Of a stretch of DNA of 64,000 nt, positions 38,714-47,986 are shown one piece after another (the first letter of the stretch is position 1; each line of letters begins with the position of its first letter). Made by a program: the position numbers and the translations under genes. The notes under the pieces are model-generated. The model was given only the letters and a program-made list of their open reading frames with translations, was not told the DNA's origin and ran no database searches. Origin of the DNA: Candidatus Magasanikbacteria bacterium RIFOXYC2_FULL_42_28 (GTDB lineage: Bacteria > Patescibacteriota > Patescibacteriia > Magasanikbacterales > GWA2-37-8); assembly GCA_001784435.1 (NCBI GenBank), contig MFQZ01000001.1:16032-80031 (forward strand), written 5' to 3'.

Positions 38714-39815
38714 CCCCGAACAACAAACGTTAATTTTTGGAATTATTTTTTTAGTGGCGCTAATAGCATTTTTACGATTTCGAAAAAATAATGGCGATTT
38801 ATTCCCCACCACAACGACGAACGAATTAAAAGGAGTGGCGATTATCGCGATCGTCTTGGCGCATATCGGCTATTTTTTATCGACCAATACGAAATTTCTA
38901 TTCCCCTATTCAATTTTCGCCGGCGCCGGGGTTGATTTATTTTTATTTTTGTCCGGCTTTGGCTTGGCGGCTTCGGCACTAAAAAAAGAAATCTCCACAA
39001 TTGAATTTTATAAAAAACGACTGAAAAAAATATTAGTACCGATGTGGGTGACAATGGTGATATTATTAATCGCTGATTGGCTGATTTTGGGGATCAAATA
39101 TCCGACTAACGCGATTGTCAAAAATTTTCTCGGTTTTTTCCAAACAGCCGATTTATTTAACGACATCAATTCCCCGCTTTGGTTTATCACTTTAATTTTC
39201 GCTTATTATTTATTATTTCCATTAGTGTTCAACAGGCGCGCGCCCTGGATTTCGGCATTAATTTTATTTTTTTTAGGATATTATTTTGTCCAAGCGCCCC
39301 ACGAAAAATTGCAAGATATTTTGCATCTGTGGAAATGGCATATTTTGGCTTTCCCGGTGGGCGTGGCGTTTGCCGATTTGCTTAATACCAAACTACTAAA
39401 CAACACGGTTGCTAAATCAAAAAAATATTTTTCGCGCTTTGCTAAAACTACGTTTATCGCCCGGTTACTTTTGGCGAGCGCACTTTTAATAACTGGCTGG
39501 TATGTGGCGGTTGATTTGCGTATCGGCTCGGGCTGGTGGTATGAAGAAAAAATTTGTGTTTTAGTGGCGTTACTGGTACTATTGGCTTTTATGATATTAC
39601 CGTTGCGTTTTACAATTTTAGAAATTTTGGGATCATGCTCCTACGAAATTTACTTAATACACTGGCCACTTTTGTATCGTTATGATTTATTTTATAAATA
39701 CCTGCCGGCCGGATTAGCGACCATATTATATTTTGCTCTTTTTATCGGCTTGGGATTATTACTGCAAAAAGGAACGGAATTAATCGCAAAAAAAACCCGA
39801 CTGGGGAGGGCTTGA
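38694..39815 (+). CDS. Acyltransferase family 3 (OafA/OatA-like membrane domain)
   Basis: LKGVAI..IVLAH, GVDLFLFLSGFGL, FYKKRL, SYEIYLIH. Confidence 0.88.
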   Translation: MQITVNNPEQQTLIFGIIFLVALIAFLRFRKNNGDLFPTTTTNELKGVAIIAIVLAHIGYFLSTNTKFLFPYSIFAGAGVDLFLFLSGFGLAASALKKEISTIEFYKKRLKKILVPMWVTMVILLIADWLILGIKYPTNAIVKNFLGFFQTADLFNDINSPLWFITLIFAYYLLFPLVFNRRAPWISALILFFLGYYFVQAPHEKLQDILHLWKWHILAFPVGVAFADLLNTKLLNNTVAKSKKYFSRFAKTTFIARLLLASALLITGWYVAVDLRIGSGWWYEEKICVLVALLVLLAFMILPLRFTILEILGSCSYEIYLIHWPLLYRYDLFYKYLPAGLATILYFALFIGLGLLLQKGTELIAKKTRLGRA

Positions 39816-39840
39816 TTTTATCTACTAGTCGTGCTAAAAT
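39812..39840 (+). promoter_or_regulatory. Promoter of tRNA-Pro(CGG)
   Basis: TTGATT-17 nt-TAAAAT with an extended TG. Confidence 0.55.
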
Positions 39841-39950
39841 TGGAAACGTTTAAATCGTCCGCCAAAGGCGCTGCGCCTGCCTCTGGCACGGGACACCCGC
39901 CTGTGGCGGGGGCTTGATTACGCAAAAAAATAACATACAAAATAAACAAA

Positions 39951-40023
39951 CGGGCTATAGCGCAGTTGGTAGCGCGCGTGGTTCGGGACCACGAGGCCGT
40001 GGGTTCAAATCCCACTAGCCCGA
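39951..40023 (+). tRNA. tRNA-Pro(CGG), CCA not encoded
   Basis: CGGGCTA/TAGCCCG acceptor stem, CGTGG-TTCGGGA-CCACG anticodon arm, GGTTCAAATCC T-arm. Confidence 0.95.
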
Positions 40024-40066
40024 CACATTAAAAAAGAAAGCAAATGCTTTCTTTTTTAATGTGTCG
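40021..40066. terminator. Perfect 22-bp-arm palindrome/terminator overlapping the tRNA 3' end
   Basis: CGACACATTAAAAAAGAAAGCA-AA-TGCTTTCTTTTTTAATGTGTCG. Confidence 0.8.
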
Positions 40067-40361
40067 CAGTCACTGAACGACGTGCGAACCTTTTTTGAAA
40101 AAAATATTATTGGCCAATAATCGAGTTTCCGCGCCCCGTCCGGCGGACGGGGCAACAAACAAGTTTGTTTTTTTCTGAAAGAAAAAGCGGAAACCGTGAA
40201 CCCGTTTGCCCCGACCAAGTCGTGGCAAAATTGTTCGCGACAAGCCCCCCCCCTGTCCGTTTGTGTTGAAAATTACTTTTTGCCTACCACCGCCAGAGGC
40301 GGGCAGGCGTATCGGGCGGGCGTGTCTGAGTGGCTGGTGGGTGGATATTAGTATTTAAATA
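40062..40361 (+). repeat. Left ~300-bp structured inverted repeat (island end)
   Basis: Highly similar to the reverse complement of 54636-54936. Confidence 0.9.
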
Positions 40362-40376
40362 CTAATACGCATTTTT

Positions 40377-40781
40377 TTAAAACTTATACCACTTTTTACG
40401 ATTACACTTCTGACACGCTAATTGTAGATTTTTTATATGGTTTGATCCGTAACTTTCTGACGGTACTTTTTTCAGCTTTCCATTTTGCATCATTGGTCTC
40501 ATCTTCCGCAAACTCTTACTTAATTGATTGCTCGCCACCGGAATAATATGATCTATCTGCTGACCTTTGGTAATTTTACAAATCTCGCAAATACCCCCTG
40601 AACGCTTTAAAAGTATTTGCAATAATTTTGGTTTTAACAAATTATATTCTTGTCTTTTAATCGCCGAACTGCGAAAATCAAAATAATCACAGTACTTGCT
40701 CCCCAATAATTTTTCGTCACCGCCGGTCAATTTATCGGCAAAATATTTTTTATCTGCCTTATATTTAAAATGTAAAGGCAT
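40377..40781 (-). CDS. HNH endonuclease
   Basis: CEIC...IDHIIP...NLQLACQKCN. Confidence 0.88.
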   Translation of the reverse strand: MPLHFKYKADKKYFADKLTGGDEKLLGSKYCDYFDFRSSAIKRQEYNLLKPKLLQILLKRSGGICEICKITKGQQIDHIIPVASNQLSKSLRKMRPMMQNGKLKKVPSESYGSNHIKNLQLACQKCNRKKWYKF

Positions 40782-40791
40782 AATTTATAAT

Positions 40792-40965
40792 TTATTTTTT
40801 CCAATCCCTAACCACAAACCCACCACGCGTCTTTTTCACCGTCACTTTTTGTTTTTCTTTCCACCCCAACACGCGCAAAATTTCAATTGGAATAGTGACG
40901 GAAAAACTATCCCCTATTTTGATTATTTTTCTGATTTCTTGTTTGTTTAATTTTTGGAGTGGCAT
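40792..40965 (-). CDS. AbrB/MazE/SpoVT-like DNA-binding protein (57 aa)
   Basis: Read by hand: MPLQKLNKQEIRKIIKIGDSFSVTIPIEILRVLGWKEKQKVTVKKTRGGFVVRDWKK*; not in the ORF track. Confidence 0.8.
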   Translation of the reverse strand: MPLQKLNKQEIRKIIKIGDSFSVTIPIEILRVLGWKEKQKVTVKKTRGGFVVRDWKK

Positions 40966-40999
40966 ATATATTTAAATAATGATTAAAAAAATTATCCTA

Positions 41000-41365
41000 T
41001 CAAAATTTTGACGCCTTTGCGAATTTTTTGGTTATAACCCAGTTTAAGCCAGCACCTAACCCCCAACCGACAAGGCCAATTAAAATAGGGAAATAAATAT
41101 GTAATCGTTCAAAATAAATTTCAAATAACGCCGCCGGCAAAAGTCCGAACAAAATCCAAAGATATTTATTTTTATCACCAAAAATGGTAAAAATAAAAAT
41201 TAGAAAAAAAATGTAGGCAAGTGGTAGACCAATTAGAACAGTCATATCAACATACCCGCCAATATGAAAAAAACTATCATAAAATTCCCCGACACTATAC
41301 GAACTAAAATAAGCCAAAACCAACACCGCCGTCAACAATAAAATATTTTTAACTACTTTATTCAT
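41000..41365 (-). CDS. Small 4-TM membrane protein
   Basis: Hydrophobic 121-aa ORF directly downstream of the lipase. Confidence 0.65.
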   Translation of the reverse strand: MNKVVKNILLLTAVLVLAYFSSYSVGEFYDSFFHIGGYVDMTVLIGLPLAYIFFLIFIFTIFGDKNKYLWILFGLLPAALFEIYFERLHIYFPILIGLVGWGLGAGLNWVITKKFAKASKF

Positions 41366-41374
41366 AAATTTAAA

Positions 41375-43789
41375 TTAATTATTTAATAACCAGTTAAGAT
41401 CTTCTAATAGCACGGCATAGGCCGGAGCGGTAATGGCTTTGTCGCGTTTGTTCGTTAATTCTCTTAAAAAGTTTAGCCCTAAAATTTTGTCAATCCTTTG
41501 GGTCAACCTTTCAATTCTTTCCGCTCGTCTAGGGGCGGGAAATTTTGGTGGTTTGGCTTTGATGGTTTCAATTATCATTTCCAAACGAATGGCGTTTTTT
41601 AATTTGTTTATTAAACTATTTTTGGTGGACAAATTTTTTATCCAGCCCAAAATAAACATTTTTTCAATGTCGGCAATAGTACTGGACGGGGTGGCGATTA
41701 GTTGATAAATGATCGTAGCCGTGGCGGTATTGCCGGCGAAATCAGTGGCGGTAGCGAAAAAAATATGGTTGCCTAATTTTTGGGTGAACAAATCAATTGG
41801 CTCGCCCACGACTACTATTTTACCATCTAACGACCAAACCTGCGACTGGATGCCAGAGTCGGCGTCGGTGCTGGAAACGGAAACTGCCAAACTGTCCACG
41901 CGAGTATAATTCTGTGCCAAAGGCGAATTAATAGTTACTATTGGCGAAATAGTATCTCCAGCTGGTTTTACTTCTAAAACAGACGGCTCGGCATTGTCTA
42001 CTATAAACTCCAAATCGGCAATTTCGTCTGACAAAATTGTGCTTTGGTAATTACTACTTACGGATTGGCTATCGCTGACATAACTAGCGACAATCGTGTA
42101 TTCTCCGCCATCACCGGTACCTTGGGCTTGAATTTTATATTCGCCATCCAGTGGGTTTGGAACGGTAATGTATTCGTTGTCTGTAGCAAAACCAGAATAA
42201 AAAGCACCTTCAATTTCGTTGAATTCTTCGCCGGTATTAAAGTCCTTACCTACGCGCTTACCGTCCGGGGCGATGACGACAATGTCGGCTGGGGAGAGGA
42301 TTTTGATGAGGAGAATTTTGACATTGGGAAAATAAGAATGATTAACTTCAACCGGATCGTTAATATCTGATAGCTGACCTATGATTATTTTTTCCGCCTC
42401 GGTTGGTAAATTTCTATGCCCAGAATTATAAACAACCGTGCGTAAATCATTATTGTAGGCACTAACATATCTACTACTGCGCAGAGGAACCGTATCATCT
42501 CCATCGCCTAATTCCAACCCCAAATCAGCGGTTGTACCATCATATCCATCAGGGAATCCATCTTCCCACACTGGCTTAATAGGTGAATCAACTACCCGAA
42601 TCGTGTTTATGGTGTTACTTGTGTCTAAATTACCAACGATATTAAAAATTGAAACGCCGGAATTAAATAATCGATCAATATTAGCGTTTAACTCTTCTAA
42701 AAACGGATTAACCGGATAATTATTGGGATATGCACGCATTTGGCCGGTGCTTTTGTCTTTTAAATAATCATAAATCGGTAACAATTCTTGGGCTGATGCT
42801 ATTGGTTCACGATGAACATAATCAAAAATATCCATATAGCCGGATTTTTTAGCTTCTCTTGAAAAAAATGATTCTTTTAGGTTGTCTTCTATATTAACTC
42901 CAAACTCCTCCGCCTCCCAAGTTAAATACGATGCTGGTGCCCCCAAATGCGGCGTCCCTAAAAATATCAATTGGTCGACATCTTGAATATAATCATCAGA
43001 TTGGATATATTGCCGCGCGACTAATCCACCCATAGAGTGTCCGACCAAATCCACTTTATCGCACTGGCAATTTTCTTTTACCTCATCAATTTTTTCTTTT
43101 AATTGAAAAGCCGTGTCCACATTGGACTGGCGCCACTCATATGGGAAAGTAAATAAATCATAGCCGAGGCGATAACCATTAGCCACGAAAGTATCCACCA
43201 AATTATCATAGGTATGAAAAATAGGATCAATCACCCACTCACCATTTTTTTGTTCGCTTCCCATAACGCCGGGAATAATAATAACCGGATCGCTTTTTAC
43301 ATTTACTTCGTATTCGCCACTCGCGGGCAAGCGCGCGCTATTGCCAAAACTGTCGGTGGTTTCAAAATGAAACGAATAATGTCCGCGTACGAGAGTGGGA
43401 GATGATGTAAAAATATATTCTATGCCACCATAATAACCACAATTTAAATAATTTTCTTCGCCATTGGGACCAAAACCTAACCAACACTGATCCGCACTGG
43501 CGTTTCTGATCATTGGATAAGAGGCACCATCAATAACGACATTGATATCCAGCGGCGCGTCGTTGTCTTGGTCGGTATAAATCATTTTAAAATCCGGCAC
43601 GGAAGAAATATACCAAGAATATGGCTGCTCATCGATATAAAGATTGGCTTGGTCGTAGGTATGCGACAGGGTTGGTGGTTGATTGTCGGGGATTATAATG
43701 GCCGCCTGTATGACCAATGGCGCGAATAAAAACGCAACAAAAAAAGCCACGGAAATCATGACCTTTTTTGACCAAAAATTATGGTTCAT
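41375..43789 (-). CDS. Secreted alpha/beta-hydrolase (LCAT/PGAP1-like lipase) with Ig-like domains
   Basis: Signal peptide, PVIIIPGVMGS, GHSMGG, LGTPHLGA, GDDTVP, beta-rich C-terminal domains. Confidence 0.85.
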   Translation of the reverse strand: MNHNFWSKKVMISVAFFVAFLFAPLVIQAAIIIPDNQPPTLSHTYDQANLYIDEQPYSWYISSVPDFKMIYTDQDNDAPLDINVVIDGASYPMIRNASADQCWLGFGPNGEENYLNCGYYGGIEYIFTSSPTLVRGHYSFHFETTDSFGNSARLPASGEYEVNVKSDPVIIIPGVMGSEQKNGEWVIDPIFHTYDNLVDTFVANGYRLGYDLFTFPYEWRQSNVDTAFQLKEKIDEVKENCQCDKVDLVGHSMGGLVARQYIQSDDYIQDVDQLIFLGTPHLGAPASYLTWEAEEFGVNIEDNLKESFFSREAKKSGYMDIFDYVHREPIASAQELLPIYDYLKDKSTGQMRAYPNNYPVNPFLEELNANIDRLFNSGVSIFNIVGNLDTSNTINTIRVVDSPIKPVWEDGFPDGYDGTTADLGLELGDGDDTVPLRSSRYVSAYNNDLRTVVYNSGHRNLPTEAEKIIIGQLSDINDPVEVNHSYFPNVKILLIKILSPADIVVIAPDGKRVGKDFNTGEEFNEIEGAFYSGFATDNEYITVPNPLDGEYKIQAQGTGDGGEYTIVASYVSDSQSVSSNYQSTILSDEIADLEFIVDNAEPSVLEVKPAGDTISPIVTINSPLAQNYTRVDSLAVSVSSTDADSGIQSQVWSLDGKIVVVGEPIDLFTQKLGNHIFFATATDFAGNTATATIIYQLIATPSSTIADIEKMFILGWIKNLSTKNSLINKLKNAIRLEMIIETIKAKPPKFPAPRRAERIERLTQRIDKILGLNFLRELTNKRDKAITAPAYAVLLEDLNWLLNN

Positions 43790-43835
43790 ATTTTTTCCCT
43801 CCTTTAAAAATAAAATTCAAATATAGTTTTGACGA

Positions 43836-44222
43836 TCACATACTCCCCAATTTCGCCTTAACAATTTTCACCACCGCGTCCGGCCGCACATCCACTTTGG
43901 AAATAAAATCAATCGCTCCCATCGCTACGCCCTTTTCTTTATTGCCGGCCACCCGTACATTGGACAATAGATACACGGGTATATTTTTTGTGGCCGGATT
44001 ACTTTTCATCTCCGCTAAAATATCAAAGCCACTTTTATTATCATCCAATTGCAAATCCAACAATAATAAATCCGGTTTTATTTCCGCAACCATTTTACGG
44101 CCACTGTCAAAAGTATCGGCCGTTATTAAATCCAATCCTTCCACTTTAAATTTCAGCACATACATATTGGTAATTATCGGCTCATCTTCAATTAACAATA
44201 TTTTTACTTTTTTATTGTTCAT
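43836..44222 (-). CDS. Stand-alone response regulator receiver
   Basis: ILLIEDE, PDLLLLD, GA.DFISK. Confidence 0.92.
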   Translation of the reverse strand: MNNKKVKILLIEDEPIITNMYVLKFKVEGLDLITADTFDSGRKMVAEIKPDLLLLDLQLDDNKSGFDILAEMKSNPATKNIPVYLLSNVRVAGNKEKGVAMGAIDFISKVDVRPDAVVKIVKAKLGSM

Positions 44223-44252
44223 ATTTTTTTAAAATAAAAATTAAACGCTTTT

Positions 44253-46058
44253 TTATTTTTTGGCCAAAATTTCCAAGGCCTTGGTCTCGGGTATAACCGG
44301 AATAGCCGGGATAGTAACGGTAAAAGTAGTACCCTTATCCACCCCCGCACTTTCAAGTGTAATCGCGCCATTATGCGCTTTCACAATTTTTCGCGCGATA
44401 AACAACCCCAAACCAGAACCATCCGGATGCACTAACATCGCCCGTTTGGCGCGTTGGAATTTTTGGAATAAATTGCGTTCCTCTTCTTCGCTTACGCCAA
44501 TACCGGTGTCTTTTATTTCAAATACAACATTCTCGCCACTACCATAAACACGCACGGTCGCCCCGCCTTTTTCCGTGTATTGGCAAGCATCATCAATTAA
44601 ATTCATAAATACTTGCAAAAGTAAAGTTGGATCAGCGGGGAAATACGGCGTGAGTTTCTCAGGCGCAATATATTTTAAATATAATTCTTTTTTGTCATAA
44701 TTCGGTTTAAGAGTGTTAATGGCTTCGGCGACTAACTTTTCCACATTAACCGGTACCAATTTTAACGATAACCCCATTTCTGCTTCCATCGCGTCCATTA
44801 AATCGGCGACGATATTCTTCAGACGGTCGGCCGAAATTAACATATTATTCTGCTGTTCTTTTTGTTCTTTGTCCGATAATTTCTCAAAATCGCCGTCGGC
44901 TTGCATTGACAATAAACCAATCATCGCGGACAATGGCGTGCGTAATTGATGCGAGGCAATATCCAAAAATTCGCTTTTTTGTTTGTCTAATTCTTTTAAA
45001 CTGACATTGGCCGTGTCCAATTGATTATTGCTCACTTCCAAAGATTCGGCCAGTCCTTTGAGCGCGGAATTTTTTTCTTTTAAATTTAAATTGGCGTCGT
45101 CTAATTTAAGGTTGGTGCGTTTCAGATCATTGGCAAGTTTGGCCATTTCTTCGCGAGCTTGAATTTCTTTTTTGACAGAACGAACAAGGAAATAGCCGAG
45201 CGTTGTCACTAAAATAAAAGTAAACACAACAACCACACGGACATTTTCTATCCGTCTGATAAATAAAATTGACAGCACTAAAAAGCCAAGTGCGGAAACT
45301 AACGCCTGAGTGCCAAACATTTTAACATTAAATGCGTTAAATTTAACGATAATATAGGCAAGGAAAGCAACAAATACCGGAGCACCGAAGAGGCCATATT
45401 GACCCAGTGTCCAATCTGCGGTAATACTTTGAACCAAATTGCCCCAAGAAAAAGCCAAAAGAAATAAAGAAATCCCCGAAACAATAAGCAATATCTGTTT
45501 CCTAAATTCTTTATCCGCCTTTATATATTTGGCCACAGAAAATATTAACATCCAAATTATAAAAATAAATTCTATAATATAGCCATACTGAACAAGTGCG
45601 CCCTCAATCGCTGCCCTATCGCAGTTAGTGTGGTCAAAGGCGGATACGCCCAAACTGGTCGGGGCGAGTAATACCATCGGCAAAAGCATTAAAGCAATTA
45701 TAATTTTATTTTTAAAATTTATATCTTTTTTATTTATAAATACATAAACAAAATAAAGACAGCCAGCGTAAATTAACGGCTCTATTAGTACTTCCAAAGC
45801 CCAAAATACCATTATCAATTCCGGCTTTTCGCTCGCCCACAAAACTAGGTCGGCATATACCCAAAAAGAAAAAACTGCCAAGATAAAAAATAGTGCTTGA
45901 TTAATTAGTGATTTTTTATCTTTAAGTAAAATAAAAAAACCGATAATCACAGAAAAGATTAGTGGCAGAAGGTGGGAATAGTAAACAAAGCTTCCAAAAA
46001 CATTCGCGGAAATAATTAAAAACTTTGCATTGTCCCAATTGCAAGATAAATAATCCAT
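44253..46058 (-). CDS. Sensor histidine kinase with multi-TM (HisKA_7TM-like) N-terminus
   Basis: ASHQLRTPL, NLIDDA, DTGIG, GSGLGL; ~8 TM segments. Confidence 0.92.
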   Translation of the reverse strand: MDYLSCNWDNAKFLIISANVFGSFVYYSHLLPLIFSVIIGFFILLKDKKSLINQALFFILAVFSFWVYADLVLWASEKPELIMVFWALEVLIEPLIYAGCLYFVYVFINKKDINFKNKIIIALMLLPMVLLAPTSLGVSAFDHTNCDRAAIEGALVQYGYIIEFIFIIWMLIFSVAKYIKADKEFRKQILLIVSGISLFLLAFSWGNLVQSITADWTLGQYGLFGAPVFVAFLAYIIVKFNAFNVKMFGTQALVSALGFLVLSILFIRRIENVRVVVVFTFILVTTLGYFLVRSVKKEIQAREEMAKLANDLKRTNLKLDDANLNLKEKNSALKGLAESLEVSNNQLDTANVSLKELDKQKSEFLDIASHQLRTPLSAMIGLLSMQADGDFEKLSDKEQKEQQNNMLISADRLKNIVADLMDAMEAEMGLSLKLVPVNVEKLVAEAINTLKPNYDKKELYLKYIAPEKLTPYFPADPTLLLQVFMNLIDDACQYTEKGGATVRVYGSGENVVFEIKDTGIGVSEEEERNLFQKFQRAKRAMLVHPDGSGLGLFIARKIVKAHNGAITLESAGVDKGTTFTVTIPAIPVIPETKALEILAKK

Positions 46059-46088
46059 AAAATAATTGCTTAAATAAATAGTGCTAAT

Positions 46089-46634
46089 TTATTTAGTGGG
46101 TTGTGCACGCTTGTTGGCATGATGCCTATGATAAGCAGTTTGAAAAAATTTTGGAATGTGTGGCAAATAATTGTCAAAAAAAGATTTCGGTAAAAATTGA
46201 ACCGATCTAACTACTTTTCTGCACCTATCGCTTTTGCAAAGACAACGCATATACCATAACTTCTCACTTTCAATGGTAGAATAATCAAGCGTAATTTCCT
46301 CACCCTGTTTGATGTGCTTTAGAGCCACCACAGTAACTGTGCCCTTAATAGCAGAATTGGGGTGGCAAGAATGGTTTAAATATTTAAATGGCACTGCCGG
46401 ATCTATCCACAAATTCTTTTTTATACCTATCCAGTCTTCACCATACATTGCCGTCTTCATGTCTTTAACCACCCAATGAACAAGTTCGCCTTTAATTATT
46501 GCCACTGTCTCACCCTTTTTAATATCTTTAGAGGCAAAAAGGCCAAACCCGTCAATACGGCTCTTAGATATATAAATTTTTTTATGTTTAAAATTTGTTC
46601 TATCCATACACGATTTATAAAATATGACATCCAA
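46089..46634 (-). CDS. SET-domain protein-lysine methyltransferase with post-SET Cys motif
   Basis: GFGLFA..DIKKGE, YLNHSCHPN, GEEITLDY, CLCKSDRCR. Confidence 0.9.
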   Translation of the reverse strand: MDVIFYKSCMDRTNFKHKKIYISKSRIDGFGLFASKDIKKGETVAIIKGELVHWVVKDMKTAMYGEDWIGIKKNLWIDPAVPFKYLNHSCHPNSAIKGTVTVVALKHIKQGEEITLDYSTIESEKLWYMRCLCKSDRCRKVVRSVQFLPKSFFDNYLPHIPKFFQTAYHRHHANKRAQPTK

Positions 46635-46654
46635 ATGAATAATAATTCAACCAA

Positions 46655-46993
46655 TTATCCAAATCTATAAAGCAAAGCCAGCGAAAATAATCCGGCGACT
46701 ATTCCAGCAATCTCGTAAGCATTTAAGCGTTCATTAAAAAATAATACGCCAACTATAACCAGTGCCAAAATCGTCGTAACTCCGTAGATAACACCGAGCG
46801 TGCCTAACTTAATATTTTTCATTACAAAAAACCACCCTACTGCAGTTAAAGAATATACCACAAAACCAATTATAAATAATTTATAATCAATATACTTGGT
46901 TTTATCATCGCCCGATAATTTGATAAAATAATCACCCAAAACGCCAACCAAACTTAAAGCGATAACTAATAAAAACGCATAAAAATAACTCAT
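46655..46993 (-). CDS. SMR/DMT family small transporter
   Basis: 4 TM segments, GDYFIK, GVLFFNERL...EIAG. Confidence 0.75.
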   Translation of the reverse strand: MSYFYAFLLVIALSLVGVLGDYFIKLSGDDKTKYIDYKLFIIGFVVYSLTAVGWFFVMKNIKLGTLGVIYGVTTILALVIVGVLFFNERLNAYEIAGIVAGLFSLALLYRFG

Positions 46994-47016
46994 AAAATCA
47001 TCTAAAAAAATAATGA

Positions 47017-47385
47017 CTACGGGGATGCGCACTGGTCGGTGCCTTCATCTCCTGAATTCTCGCATAAAAACTCTAAGCAAGAGGCGTCGCCTGTGCAGGA
47101 AGGAATTGGGCAATCGCTAACTTCGCCAGCGCAATTTGGCAAATTATAGGCCTTCTTTTCTATTATTTTGTAATAACTTGTGCGCTCTTCTGGGTCAGCC
47201 GGACATTCGCTGTCTTCGGATGGATCGCACTCAGACACAAAACACCGTTCAGCCAATTGATCGCACGGCACTTGTAAACGAACGTAATAATCACGTTTAT
47301 TTACATAGCGATAATAAACTACCGCAATTGACGCGACTATGGCTGTAAAAAATATTATAAAAAATATTTTAGATTTTTTGTCCAT
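47017..47385 (-). CDS. Membrane-anchored Cys-rich protein (10 Cys)
   Basis: N-terminal TM followed by an acidic ectodomain with ten Cys. Confidence 0.7.
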   Translation of the reverse strand: MDKKSKIFFIIFFTAIVASIAVVYYRYVNKRDYYVRLQVPCDQLAERCFVSECDPSEDSECPADPEERTSYYKIIEKKAYNLPNCAGEVSDCPIPSCTGDASCLEFLCENSGDEGTDQCASP

Positions 47386-47477
47386 AATGTTAAAAATGCC
47401 TTAAATTAAGGGTACTTTTACTATATCACATTTTTCAAATATTTACCACCAACATTAACCCATGGATACTAGACGCT

Positions 47478-47503
47478 ATGATTTAAATATATATTTAAAT
47501 CAT
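47478..47503. repeat. Perfect 26-bp palindrome ATGATTTAAA-TATATA-TTTAAATCAT
   Basis: Same core as 16525 and 54625; lies at a module boundary. Confidence 0.75.
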
Positions 47504-47506
47504 GAT

Positions 47507-47983
47507 TTAATTTTTGCCTTCAAAATCAATTAATATCTGTAAATAACGCTTTTGTAGTTCAATATTGGCATACTCTGCTGGAAACATTGAAATTTTACCA
47601 CCGTTGTTAATAATATCGTCAATGCCGTCAAAATAAAACCCGTCCAATGTGGCAATAAACAAATAAGACGGATTCCACGATTTACTCATTCGCACGGCGT
47701 CTTCTAAAACATATTTTAAATTTAAATTACGCATATATTTTACCTCAACCAGCTGAACTTTTTTTGTTTTCTGATTGATAACTGCGAAATCTGGTGCTGT
47801 TCGTAGCGTCTCAATAATGTCGTTATTTTTCTTATCGTGTCCTTGTTGGACTAATTCAGGAATTATTTTTTCATAACCAAATTCCAAAACCGTAAAATCT
47901 TTGGTTTCGCGCAACATTTGCGCGAAGATTGTCTCGGCAATTTTACCTTTGACTAAATTTCTGGCAAAAGTTATGTTGCTCAT
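47507..47983 (-). CDS. Putative PD-(D/E)XK nuclease-fold protein
   Basis: G.IAE, PDF...LVEVK. Confidence 0.6.
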   Translation of the reverse strand: MSNITFARNLVKGKIAETIFAQMLRETKDFTVLEFGYEKIIPELVQQGHDKKNNDIIETLRTAPDFAVINQKTKKVQLVEVKYMRNLNLKYVLEDAVRMSKSWNPSYLFIATLDGFYFDGIDDIINNGGKISMFPAEYANIELQKRYLQILIDFEGKN

Positions 47984-47986
47984 AAG

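Noticed and set aside
39818-40218. Two short minus-strand ORFs
   Set aside because: They overlap tRNA-Pro(CGG) and the structured repeat
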